DNA from: Opitutia bacterium | GTDB lineage: Bacteria > Verrucomicrobiota > Verrucomicrobiia > Opitutales > T3Sed10-336 | Direction: 5' to 3' | NCBI GenBank assembly: GCA_050506795.1 | Contig: JBJHCF010000004.1 | Location: 64,001 to 128,000, forward strand | Length of the DNA: 64,000 nt | In this document: piece by piece, positions 8,762 to 17,126 of the stretch | How the letters are laid out: every line of letters begins with the position of its first letter | Position numbering within the stretch: position 1 is the stretch's first letter | Position numbers and translations under genes: made by a program | Notes under the pieces: generated by a model | The model's input: the letters and a program-made list of their open reading frames with translations, nothing else | What the model was told of the DNA's origin: nothing | The model's database searches: none

Positions 8762-10048
8762 ATGAATGCAGCTATACGTTTTTCCTTATTTTCATTTCCT
8801 TCTTTTCTAGCGACCGTCCTCGTGGCGGCGGCTTCTCCAGCTTTCGGCGAGGAGGCCGTCCTGACTGTGGACGAACTGGTCGCGGAAGTGCTCGGGAGCA
8901 ATCCTGAACTCGCGATCTACGAGGCCGAAATCGCCGCGGCCCGCGGCGAGCGGCGTCAGTCGGGGCGATGGGCGAACCCGGAGTTTTCCTTGGAGGCGGG
9001 TCATCAGCGGATCCGGGGGAGCGAAGGGGCCGGAGCGGCCGAGGGCTTGGCCTGGGCCGCATCGGTGGCTCAGCCGATCGAGTTTCCGGGGCGGCTGGCG
9101 CTGCGCAAGGCGATCGCCGACCGGAACACGGAGTTGGCCAATTTGGGCCTGGAAAACTTCCGACGGGTGCTGGAGAACCAAGTTCGTTCGCTGGCCTATT
9201 CGCTCTATGCGGCACGAGGGTCGGCGGATGCCGCCGACGATGTGGCCGCCCGCGCCCGGGAGTTGACGCAGGTTGTGCTTCAGCGCGAGGTCGGCGGTAT
9301 CTCCCCGTTGCTGGAAAGCCGCATTCTGGAGAGCAGCGCCCTGACCTTGGAACAGCGGCGGCAGGAGGCGCGGCGCGTTTATCAACGGGCCTTAATCGCG
9401 CTGAACCAGTTGCGGGACGCGCCCGCCGAGACGCCGGTGAGACTGGCGGAGGCTCCCTTGGAATTCCCCGAACTTCCTCCCGTGCCGGAGCTCGTCAGCG
9501 GCGCCTGGAGAAATTCGTTTGAGGCGCGGGCGAGGCAGGTGGAGTTGGAGCAGCAGGGCTTTCGGGTGCGCCTGGAGAGGAATGAGCGCTATCCAACCGT
9601 CACGGCGGGGCCTTTTATCTCGCAGGATAGAGCGGGCGAGAAGGAGACAGTGGCCGGGGTGAGCGTTTCGTTCGCTCTGCCGTTATGGGATCGAAACGAG
9701 GGCAATATCGATGCCTCGCGGGCGCGGCTACGGCAGGCTGAGGCGTCGCTGCTCGTGACGCGGCGCGAACTGGAACGGCGCGTAGTGGAGCGGGCATTGA
9801 ACTATCAGTCCGCGAGGCAGGCCCTGGCGGAGTTGAGACCGGAGGCGATCTCTGAGTTCGAGGAGGCGGCCGAACTGGCGGAGCGTCATTATCGGTTAGG
9901 GGCAATCCCGATCAGCACGTATTTGGAGATGCAAACCGCCTACCTCGACGCTCTGGACGCTGTGCTCGGCCTGCGGCAGCAAACGCTGGAGAGCCGACTG
10001 GAACTGGAAATTTTGACGGGAAACTTTGAGAAGGGAACTGAACGATGA
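8762..10048 (+). CDS. czcC: TolC-family outer membrane factor, CzcC-like
   Basis: Signal peptide, NPEL and NPEF repeats, VSVSFALPLWDRNEGNI, YRLGAI; first structural gene of a CBA operon. Confidence 0.88.
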   Translation: MNAAIRFSLFSFPSFLATVLVAAASPAFGEEAVLTVDELVAEVLGSNPELAIYEAEIAAARGERRQSGRWANPEFSLEAGHQRIRGSEGAGAAEGLAWAASVAQPIEFPGRLALRKAIADRNTELANLGLENFRRVLENQVRSLAYSLYAARGSADAADDVAARARELTQVVLQREVGGISPLLESRILESSALTLEQRRQEARRVYQRALIALNQLRDAPAETPVRLAEAPLEFPELPPVPELVSGAWRNSFEARARQVELEQQGFRVRLERNERYPTVTAGPFISQDRAGEKETVAGVSVSFALPLWDRNEGNIDASRARLRQAEASLLVTRRELERRVVERALNYQSARQALAELRPEAISEFEEAAELAERHYRLGAIPISTYLEMQTAYLDALDAVLGLRQQTLESRLELEILTGNFEKGTER

Positions 10049-10812
10049 ATTCTATTTTGAAAATGATTTTTTTGAGCGCTGCCACGATAGGCATTGCGCT
10101 GGCGGTAAGCGGGTGTGCGAAGACAGAGGGTGCCGATCAGGATCATGAGGCGGAGCAGGCGCAGGATCATTCCGGTAACTGGGTGTTCGACGAGGGCCGT
10201 GGCGTCAGGCTGACCGAGGCCGGGAGGAATGTTGCTGGCATCGAATTGGCGGAAGCGGTTTTCGCCGAAGGCGGCAACGGCACGATAACCGCGATGGGAC
10301 AGGTTTTCGCCGTGGACCGGAGCCGCGGCACGGCGCGGGCAAGTGTGGCCTTGTCGGCGCGGCGGGCAAATGGAATTGAGCCAGGCGCGCCAGTTAACGC
10401 TGGAACACGACCGGGCGACTTGCACCTTGCCGGGCACGTAGAGCGAGTCGATCGACAGGCGGTTCGGGTGACCGGTCAGGTCGAGGTGATCGTGAGTGTC
10501 CCCGCAGCTGAGGCTCACTTGCGCGAAGGCTCGTTTCTAAGCTTCAGCTTCGATCAACCAGGCGCGCAGGGCGACGAGATGTTACGCATCCCCGCCTCGG
10601 CTCTTCTTCCGACGGCTCGCGGTGATTTCGTTTACGTGGTGAATGGAAACCATTTTTTTCGGTCCCCGGTGCAAACGGGGCGGAAAAGCGGCGATTTCAT
10701 CGAGATCGAAGACGGGTTGTTCGAAGGCGACGTGGTGGTGTCGGCGGGTAAAAAGCATCTCTGGCTGATCGAGCTGCAGGCGATCAACGGAGGTGAAGCC
10801 TGCGCCGACTGA
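10045..10812 (+). CDS. Short periplasmic adaptor (CzcB-like lipoprotein)
   Basis: Lipobox VSGC; C-terminal IPASAL...VYVV...VQTG...IEIEDGLFEGDVVV membrane-fusion-protein motif; only 255 aa. Confidence 0.75.
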   Translation: MNSILKMIFLSAATIGIALAVSGCAKTEGADQDHEAEQAQDHSGNWVFDEGRGVRLTEAGRNVAGIELAEAVFAEGGNGTITAMGQVFAVDRSRGTARASVALSARRANGIEPGAPVNAGTRPGDLHLAGHVERVDRQAVRVTGQVEVIVSVPAAEAHLREGSFLSFSFDQPGAQGDEMLRIPASALLPTARGDFVYVVNGNHFFRSPVQTGRKSGDFIEIEDGLFEGDVVVSAGKKHLWLIELQAINGGEACAD

Positions 10813-10830
10813 CACTAAGAGGACCACGGA

Positions 10831-13800
10831 ATGCTGAACAAACTAATTGAGTTCTCCATCCGGCAGCGCGGCTTCGTTCTCCTGCTGACGGTCGTATTGA
10901 TCGTCGCCGGGATCTGGTCAGCCTACCATCTCCATGTGGATGCGGTGCCGGATATCACCAGCACGCAAGTGCAGATCAACACGGCAGTGCCCGCGTTGGC
11001 GCCCGAGGAAATCGAGCAACTGGTGACATTCCCCATCGAGAGCCGCATGTCGGGCATGCCGGGCCTCGTGGAGTTGCGCTCGCTTTCGCGTCCGGGTTTG
11101 TCGCAGGTGACGATGACATTCGCCGACGGCTCGGACGTATATCGTTTGCGGCAACTCGCGATGGAGAGGCTTCAGGAGGCCATGGATGAGATTCCGGCCG
11201 GCCTTCAGCCGACGCTTGCGCCGATCAGCACGGGGCTGAGCGAAATCTTTTACTATGCGGTCGGTTTTGCCGAGGACGCACCGAATGTGCCGGAGAGCGA
11301 ATACGAGCGACTGCTGGAGCTATCGCAGATCCAGGAATATACGGTAAAGCCGCTCTTACGCGCGACGGCGGGCCTCGCCGAGGTGAACACTTCCGGAGGT
11401 TACGAGAAAAAGATTCTTGTTCAGCCCGATCCCGTGCGCCTCACCCAGCTAGGTCTCACTTTCGACGAGTTCGCCGAACGGCTGAAAGGCGGCTTCGTCA
11501 ATGTCGGCGGCGGCCTGCTGGAGGTGGGCGGTGAACAAGTGGTGATCCGTTCGAATTCGAGGATGACCCGAAGCGAGGAAGTTGCAGGCCTGCCTTTGAA
11601 GTTCGGGGCGCAGGTGAATCCGATTCTGGTGGGCGACGTGGCCGAAATCGTGGTTGGGTCGAGCATCCGGACCGGCGCGGCCACCATCAATGGAGAAGAG
11701 GCGGTGCTGGGAGCGGCGATCATGATGGCCGGGGAAAACAGTCGCGTCGTAGCCCGCGCGGTGAGCCAGCGTCTGGCGGAGATCCAAAATCGCATGCCGG
11801 AAGGTGTGGTTATTACCCCGCTTTACGATCGGGGCGATTTGATCGACGCCACGATCTCGACCGTGCGCCGCAATCTCACTCATGGAGCCGTTCTGGTCAT
11901 CGTCGTTTTGTTCGCGATGCTGGGCAACATTCGGGCGGCGCTGATTGTCGCGGCGGTCATCCCGCTTTCCATGCTGGCGGCATTCATTGGCATGACACTG
12001 GCGGGCGTCTCGGGAAATCTGATGAGCCTTGGCGCGATCGACTTCGGGCTCATCGTGAGCGGCGCGGTCATTGTCGTGGAAAACTGCATGCGACGGCTCG
12101 GCCTCCTTCGCCACCGGATCGGGAGAGATCCCCGCGCCGAGGAACGGCGGGCCGAGGTTCTCGCCGCTTCACGTGAGGTCGCCAAACCGATGTTCTTTGG
12201 TGTGGCCATCATCACCATCGTCTATGTGCCGATCCTGGCGCTGACGGGCATCGAGGGGAAAATGTTTCACCCGATGGCGCTGACTGTCATGTTCGCCCTA
12301 ACGGGCTCGCTGCTTTTGGGCCTGACTTTCGCGCCCGCGCTGAGTTCCTGGGTGATCGCCGGGAGAATGACCGGCGAAGATAGTTTCCTCGTCCGCGCTT
12401 TGCGCTGGATCTACCATCCGATTCTTCGATTCGCGGTTCGCTTTCCTGTGGCCGTGGCGGTGGGAGCGGCGGCTCTTTTCGCTCTAGCGGTGCTGACGTT
12501 TCTGAGGTTGGGGGCGGAGTTTATCCCGCAGCTCGACGAAGGCTCGCTCGCCGTGCAGATGGTCCGCAGCAACAGCGTCGGCATTCAAACGTCGTTGGAG
12601 CTGCAACAGCAGGCGGAGCGCCTGCTGCTGGAGGAGTTCCCCGAGGTCCGACAGATCTTCTCGCGCATCGGGACGGCGGAGATCGCCACCGATCCGATGG
12701 GCCCGAACGTTTCCGATACGTATGTTCTGTTTCATCCGCAGGAAACCTGGCGCGAGATCAACGACCGGCGAGCACGGAAGGACGATCTGGTTGCCATGAT
12801 GCAGCGGGTCCTCGACCGGAATATTCCCGGACAAGTGGTTTTGTTTTCCCAACCGATCCAGCTTCGTTTCAACGAAATCATGGCCGGCGCCCGCGCCGAC
12901 ATCGCTGTGAAAATTTTCGGTGAGGATCTGGAAACGCTGGAGGAGCAGGCGTTCGCCGTCCGCGATGTGCTACGCACTATTCCCGGCGGAGGCGACGTGG
13001 AATTCGACGCCATGGGGCGGGTGCCGATGCTGGAGATCGTGCCGGATCGGGAGGCGATGCGGCGACTGAATATTCATCCCGACGAAATCAACCGCGTCAT
13101 CCAGACCGCACTGGCGGGAAGAGAGGCGGGACTTTTCATCGATGGGAACCGGCGATTTCCGGTCGTCGTGCGGCTGCCCGAAGCCCAACGCCACGATTTC
13201 GACGCGATCAGGGACCTGCCGGTGCGGACGGATGGCGGCGGCATTGTCCGGCTGGGCCAGGTTGCCGACTTGCGAGTCGAGGACCGCGTGGGAACAATCA
13301 CGCGGGAAATGGCTGAGCGTCGGGCGGCCATCCTGATCAATCTGCGCGGGCGCGATACCGAAAGCTTCGTGCGCGAAGCGGAGGCGCGCTTGCGCGATGA
13401 AGTGGTCTTGCCTCCCGGATACGCGATCGAATTTGGCGGGCAGTTTGAAAACCTGCAACGGGCGCGGGCCCGGCTGGCTGTGGTTGTTCCGATTGCATTG
13501 TGCCTGATCTTTTTCCTAATCTTTTCCTCCACGGGAAGCATGCAGCGGTCTCTCGTCATCTTTACGGGCGTGCCGTTTGCGGTGACTGGCGGGGTCTTCG
13601 CCCTCTGGCTGCGAGACATGCCGTTCAGTATCTCGGCCGGGATCGGCTTTATCGCTTTGAGCGGGATCGCCGTGATGGATGCGCTCGTGCTCGTGAACTG
13701 CTTCAACGACTTGCGGCGAGAGGGCAGACCGTTGCGGGAGGCCGTGATGGAGGGGGCGATGATGCGCCTGCGGCCCGTGTTGATGACCTCGCTGGTCGCC

Positions 13801-14055
13801 GGCCTTGGCTTTGTGCCGATGGCATTCGCTACCACCCTTGGCGCCGAGGTGCAGCGTCCGCTGGCGACGGTTGTGATTGGCGGCATCCTCTCCTCGACTC
13901 TTTTGACACTTCTCGTCCTGCCGGGCCTCTATCTAATCACCGAGCGTCGCGACAATCGCAATACCGGAAAACTTTCAGAGAACGCAACGTCGGCTTCCGT
14001 CGTCAGTCACGACCATACAGAAGCAATCATTTCCCAACAAAAGACCACAAAATGA
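10831..14055 (+). CDS. czcA: Heavy-metal efflux RND permease, CzcA/CusA family
   Basis: DAVPDIT, NLMSLGAIDFG, EGKMFHPMA, GAEFIPQLDEG, RLRPVLMT, EVQRPLATVVIGG. Confidence 0.95.
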   Translation: MLNKLIEFSIRQRGFVLLLTVVLIVAGIWSAYHLHVDAVPDITSTQVQINTAVPALAPEEIEQLVTFPIESRMSGMPGLVELRSLSRPGLSQVTMTFADGSDVYRLRQLAMERLQEAMDEIPAGLQPTLAPISTGLSEIFYYAVGFAEDAPNVPESEYERLLELSQIQEYTVKPLLRATAGLAEVNTSGGYEKKILVQPDPVRLTQLGLTFDEFAERLKGGFVNVGGGLLEVGGEQVVIRSNSRMTRSEEVAGLPLKFGAQVNPILVGDVAEIVVGSSIRTGAATINGEEAVLGAAIMMAGENSRVVARAVSQRLAEIQNRMPEGVVITPLYDRGDLIDATISTVRRNLTHGAVLVIVVLFAMLGNIRAALIVAAVIPLSMLAAFIGMTLAGVSGNLMSLGAIDFGLIVSGAVIVVENCMRRLGLLRHRIGRDPRAEERRAEVLAASREVAKPMFFGVAIITIVYVPILALTGIEGKMFHPMALTVMFALTGSLLLGLTFAPALSSWVIAGRMTGEDSFLVRALRWIYHPILRFAVRFPVAVAVGAAALFALAVLTFLRLGAEFIPQLDEGSLAVQMVRSNSVGIQTSLELQQQAERLLLEEFPEVRQIFSRIGTAEIATDPMGPNVSDTYVLFHPQETWREINDRRARKDDLVAMMQRVLDRNIPGQVVLFSQPIQLRFNEIMAGARADIAVKIFGEDLETLEEQAFAVRDVLRTIPGGGDVEFDAMGRVPMLEIVPDREAMRRLNIHPDEINRVIQTALAGREAGLFIDGNRRFPVVVRLPEAQRHDFDAIRDLPVRTDGGGIVRLGQVADLRVEDRVGTITREMAERRAAILINLRGRDTESFVREAEARLRDEVVLPPGYAIEFGGQFENLQRARARLAVVVPIALCLIFFLIFSSTGSMQRSLVIFTGVPFAVTGGVFALWLRDMPFSISAGIGFIALSGIAVMDALVLVNCFNDLRREGRPLREAVMEGAMMRLRPVLMTSLVAGLGFVPMAFATTLGAEVQRPLATVVIGGILSSTLLTLLVLPGLYLITERRDNRNTGKLSENATSASVVSHDHTEAIISQQKTTK

Positions 14056-14510
14056 ATACACCATACGTCATGAAACTAAAGAACGCACTTCTCGTATCTT
14101 TCGCATTGATGCTTGCGGGAGGAGCGGTCCTTGCCGCCGCTGAAAAGAGACAGCCCGGGCCGAACGGCGGGCTACTGCTGAAAACGGAGCCTCGAGCCGA
14201 GTTTTTTGTCAATAAGGACCGAAAGATCGAGATCACCTTTCTCGACGCTGAGCTAGAACCGGTGCCCCTGGAGCAACGAAACGTGCGGGTGACGGCAATG
14301 GCCCCTTCAGGACGAAAAATCCTGGAGTTTGACCGGAAGGAAAACGTCTTTATTTCCAAGGACCCCCTGCCGGACGGCGACGGCTACACCGTCGTTGCCC
14401 AGATCTGGCAGAAGGCGGATGACCGGCCGGAGAACTTCCGGATTGTGTATGAAGACTACGTCTGCGGCGGGTGCGACCTGGTGGAGTACGCCTGCATCTG
14501 CGATGACTGA
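14052..14510 (+). CDS. Exported putative metal-binding protein with C-terminal CxxC...CxC
   Basis: ATG 14052 overlaps the czcA stop (ATGA); signal peptide, GPNGG, tail YVCGGCDLVEYACICDD. Confidence 0.75.
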   Translation: MNTPYVMKLKNALLVSFALMLAGGAVLAAAEKRQPGPNGGLLLKTEPRAEFFVNKDRKIEITFLDAELEPVPLEQRNVRVTAMAPSGRKILEFDRKENVFISKDPLPDGDGYTVVAQIWQKADDRPENFRIVYEDYVCGGCDLVEYACICDD

Positions 14511-14530
14511 GATCTGACACCGATCGCGCG

Positions 14531-16684
14531 ATGAGCGAAATACCCGCAGGCCGGGCTGGGAAAGAGACAGTCCTCGAAATCGAGGGGATGGATTGCTCCG
14601 AAGAAGTGAAGCTACTGGAGAATGTTCTCGGCGGTGTGGCGGGTGTCTGCTATGTGCGGGCGAATCTTGTAATGAACCGGATCACCGTTATTCATGACGA
14701 GCCGGTTGAAATATCGGATCTGGTTGCAGCGATCCAAACCACCGGTATGAAAGCCCACCCACCAAAACGGGCGGGCACGGACCGGCTTGCGCGCCGCAGT
14801 GATCGGGGGCGATTGATGGCGGTCGCGCTGTCGGGCGCGCTCGCCATCTCCGGGCTTGTTCTGCAATGGACAGCCGCGGCCCCGGAGGCGGTGAGAATTG
14901 CGCTGTTTGCCGGAGCGATAGCTTCGGGCGGCTGGTATATCGTCCCCAAGGCGGTGGGAGCGGCCCGCCGGATGACTCCCGATATGAACCTGCTGATGAC
15001 GGTGGCTGTGGCAGGCGCGGCCCTCATCGGCGAATGGGGAGAAGGGGCCATCGTCGTCTTTCTGTTCGGACTCGCCGAATTGCTCGAAGCGATGAGCGTG
15101 AGTCGAGCTCGCCGGGCCATTCAGTCGTTGATGGCACTCAGTCCCCAAACGGCGCTGGTGAAAAGGGGTGAGCGATTCGAGGAACTGCCTGCTGAGTCGG
15201 TTCAAATCGGCGAAGTGATCGCCGTGCAGAACGGCGCCCGGATTCCGCTCGACGGGGTGGTCCTCTCCGGTTCGTCAGCCGTCGATCAAGCAGCGATCAC
15301 CGGTGAATCGATGCCAGTTTCAAAATCTTCAGGCGACGAGGTGTTCGCCGGAACGCTCAATGGCGAGGGCGCGATGGAGATCCGCGTCACCCGCGAGGCG
15401 TCCGGTTCGACACTGGCGAAGATCATTAAGCTGGTCGAGGAAGCGCAGGAGCAAAAAGCGCCATCGCAACGGTTCGTCGATGTATTTGCGAAATATTACA
15501 CGCCGATTGTGATGCTCCTGGCGGGGGCGGTTTTTCTCCTGCCGCCTCTGCTCCTCGGCGCACCGTGGGAGACTTGGTTTTACCGATCCCTCGTTCTGCT
15601 CGTGATCGCCTGCCCGTGCGCGCTCGTCATCTCTACCCCTGTTTCCATCGTTTCGGCGTTGACCGCCATGGCCCGCCGGGGAGTTCTCGTTAAAGGAGGC
15701 GCTTTTCTCGAATCGGTGGGAAAACTGCGGGCATTGGCCGTGGACAAGACCGGAACGATCACGCAGGGACGACCGACGGTGACGGAGGTGATTTCCCTCA
15801 ATCGCAACCAGGAAGGGGATGTCCTCCGAATCGCGGCGGCGATCGATGTGCATTCGCAGCACCCGCTGGCAAAAGCGGTGGTCGAGACAGCCGAACGGCG
15901 CGGCATTACCTATCCCCGTGGCGCGGATTATCGCGCCCGGACCGGGAGTGGGGCCGAGGCGACGATCGATGGCCATCGTTACTTTGTCGGCAACCATCGC
16001 CTCGCGCATGAATTGGGCGTCTGTTCGCCGCAGGTAGAGGGGATTCTCGCAGAGATCGAACAACGCGGTGAATCCGTAGCGGTTGTCGGGCACATGCCCC
16101 ACGACGATTGCCCGGGCGACATCCTCGGCGTCGTGGCGCTGGGAGATGCCATTCGGCAGGATGCTGCCGAGGCGGTACGGGCACTTCATCAGGCGGGGGT
16201 TCGCAATGTCGTGATGTTGAGCGGCGACAATCAGAAGACAGTGGACGCGATCTCGCGGCAAGTCTGCATCGACCAGGCCTGGGGGAACCTGCTGCCGGGC
16301 GACAAAATCGCCCGCGTGCGGGAGCTGGTGAAACGGCATCACCACGTCGGCATGATTGGCGATGGGGTGAACGATGCTCCCGCCATGGCTGCCGCAACAG
16401 TTGGAATCGCCATGGGCGCGGCGGGCACGGATACCGCGATTGAGACGGCGGACGTTGTCCTGATGGAAGACGACCTGAGCAAGGTCGCCGAAACCATCCA
16501 CCTCGGCCGGCGGACCGTCAGAATCATTCAATTCAACATCGCTTTGGCTATTGGAGTCAAAGCTCTCTTTCTGGCGCTCACGATTGCCGGTTATGCCAGC
16601 CTATGGCTGGCCATAGCCGCCGATACCGGCGCGACGTTAATTGTCATTTCTAACAGCCTGAGGTTGCTGCGAACTCGAGAATGA
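14531..16684 (+). CDS. cadA: P1B-type heavy-metal ATPase (CadA/ZntA, Zn/Cd/Pb)
   Basis: GMDCSEE metal-binding domain, TGES, CPC, DKTGT, HP, GDGVND, TM7 Lys and TM8 ADTG. Confidence 0.93.
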   Translation: MSEIPAGRAGKETVLEIEGMDCSEEVKLLENVLGGVAGVCYVRANLVMNRITVIHDEPVEISDLVAAIQTTGMKAHPPKRAGTDRLARRSDRGRLMAVALSGALAISGLVLQWTAAAPEAVRIALFAGAIASGGWYIVPKAVGAARRMTPDMNLLMTVAVAGAALIGEWGEGAIVVFLFGLAELLEAMSVSRARRAIQSLMALSPQTALVKRGERFEELPAESVQIGEVIAVQNGARIPLDGVVLSGSSAVDQAAITGESMPVSKSSGDEVFAGTLNGEGAMEIRVTREASGSTLAKIIKLVEEAQEQKAPSQRFVDVFAKYYTPIVMLLAGAVFLLPPLLLGAPWETWFYRSLVLLVIACPCALVISTPVSIVSALTAMARRGVLVKGGAFLESVGKLRALAVDKTGTITQGRPTVTEVISLNRNQEGDVLRIAAAIDVHSQHPLAKAVVETAERRGITYPRGADYRARTGSGAEATIDGHRYFVGNHRLAHELGVCSPQVEGILAEIEQRGESVAVVGHMPHDDCPGDILGVVALGDAIRQDAAEAVRALHQAGVRNVVMLSGDNQKTVDAISRQVCIDQAWGNLLPGDKIARVRELVKRHHHVGMIGDGVNDAPAMAAATVGIAMGAAGTDTAIETADVVLMEDDLSKVAETIHLGRRTVRIIQFNIALAIGVKALFLALTIAGYASLWLAIAADTGATLIVISNSLRLLRTRE

Positions 16685-16750
16685 TCCTCAGATGCGGAGG
16701 AGAACGACGACCAGCTGTGGGGACGGACGAGACCTTGATCTTTAAAGCTG

Positions 16751-16770
16751 ATTTGCCACTTATTTGCCAA
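16751..16770. repeat. Direct repeat ATTTGCCA x2, candidate integrase arm-type sites
   Basis: ATTTGCCAC at 16751 and ATTTGCCAA at 16762, 11 bp apart, in AT-rich DNA about 120 bp inside the att core. Confidence 0.5.
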
Positions 16771-16884
16771 TTTAGAAGATTTTTGCTGCTTTTTTATGCA
16801 TCTAGCTGCGCCGACATTTATTCGTAAGATACTGATAAATGCACCTTAAAGACATCTACGTGCAGTATTAGGAAAACTACTATC

Positions 16885-16910
16885 GGGTTCGAATCCCTCT
16901 CTCTCCGCCA
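16885..16910 (+). repeat. att site: duplicated 3' end of tRNA-Ser
   Basis: GGGTTCGAATCCCTCTCTCTCCGCCA is a T-loop, acceptor 3' strand, G discriminator and CCA; no tRNA 5' half upstream. Confidence 0.85.
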
Positions 16911-17126
16911 TTCGACGCGTTCCGCTCCGCTCCACTTGTTGGAAATCCCGAGCGGAGCCGAGGGGCTCATGGCAGGCCCCGGAAAACTCAAACCCGATAG
17001 TTTGCTCAAGAGCGTCGACCGTTCCCGGGCATCGGGTGCTGTGCAGGAATCACGAACCCCATAAACAGGCTTGCCGGTGCGGCGGGGCGCCGCAAGAATT
17101 GGGTTAATTTTAGATTCTTGAGTGCT

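Larger units (their letters stand above)
1..16910. mobile_element. Right-hand part of a tRNA-Ser-integrated element (prophage-like/IME) with a PolA replication module and heavy-metal cargo; left end outside the window
   Basis: Phage-type replication genes at 1-7966, metal-resistance cargo at 8239-16684, an AT-rich segment with direct repeats, then a tRNA-Ser 3' fragment at 16885-16910 followed by host-type genes. No integrase visible. Confidence 0.8.

Noticed and set aside
13500..14051. N-terminal 184 aa of ORF 13500-14510
   Set aside because: Out-of-frame overlap with czcA; the real start is ATG 14052.
16820..16910. Complete tRNA-Ser gene
   Set aside because: No D arm, anticodon arm or 5' acceptor strand upstream of 16885.
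16911..17126. Lasso precursor, or a defined ncRNA at the GCTCCGCTC/GAGCGGAGC hairpin (16924-16958)
   Set aside because: No convincing precursor ORF; the hairpin is a single copy and cannot be assigned.
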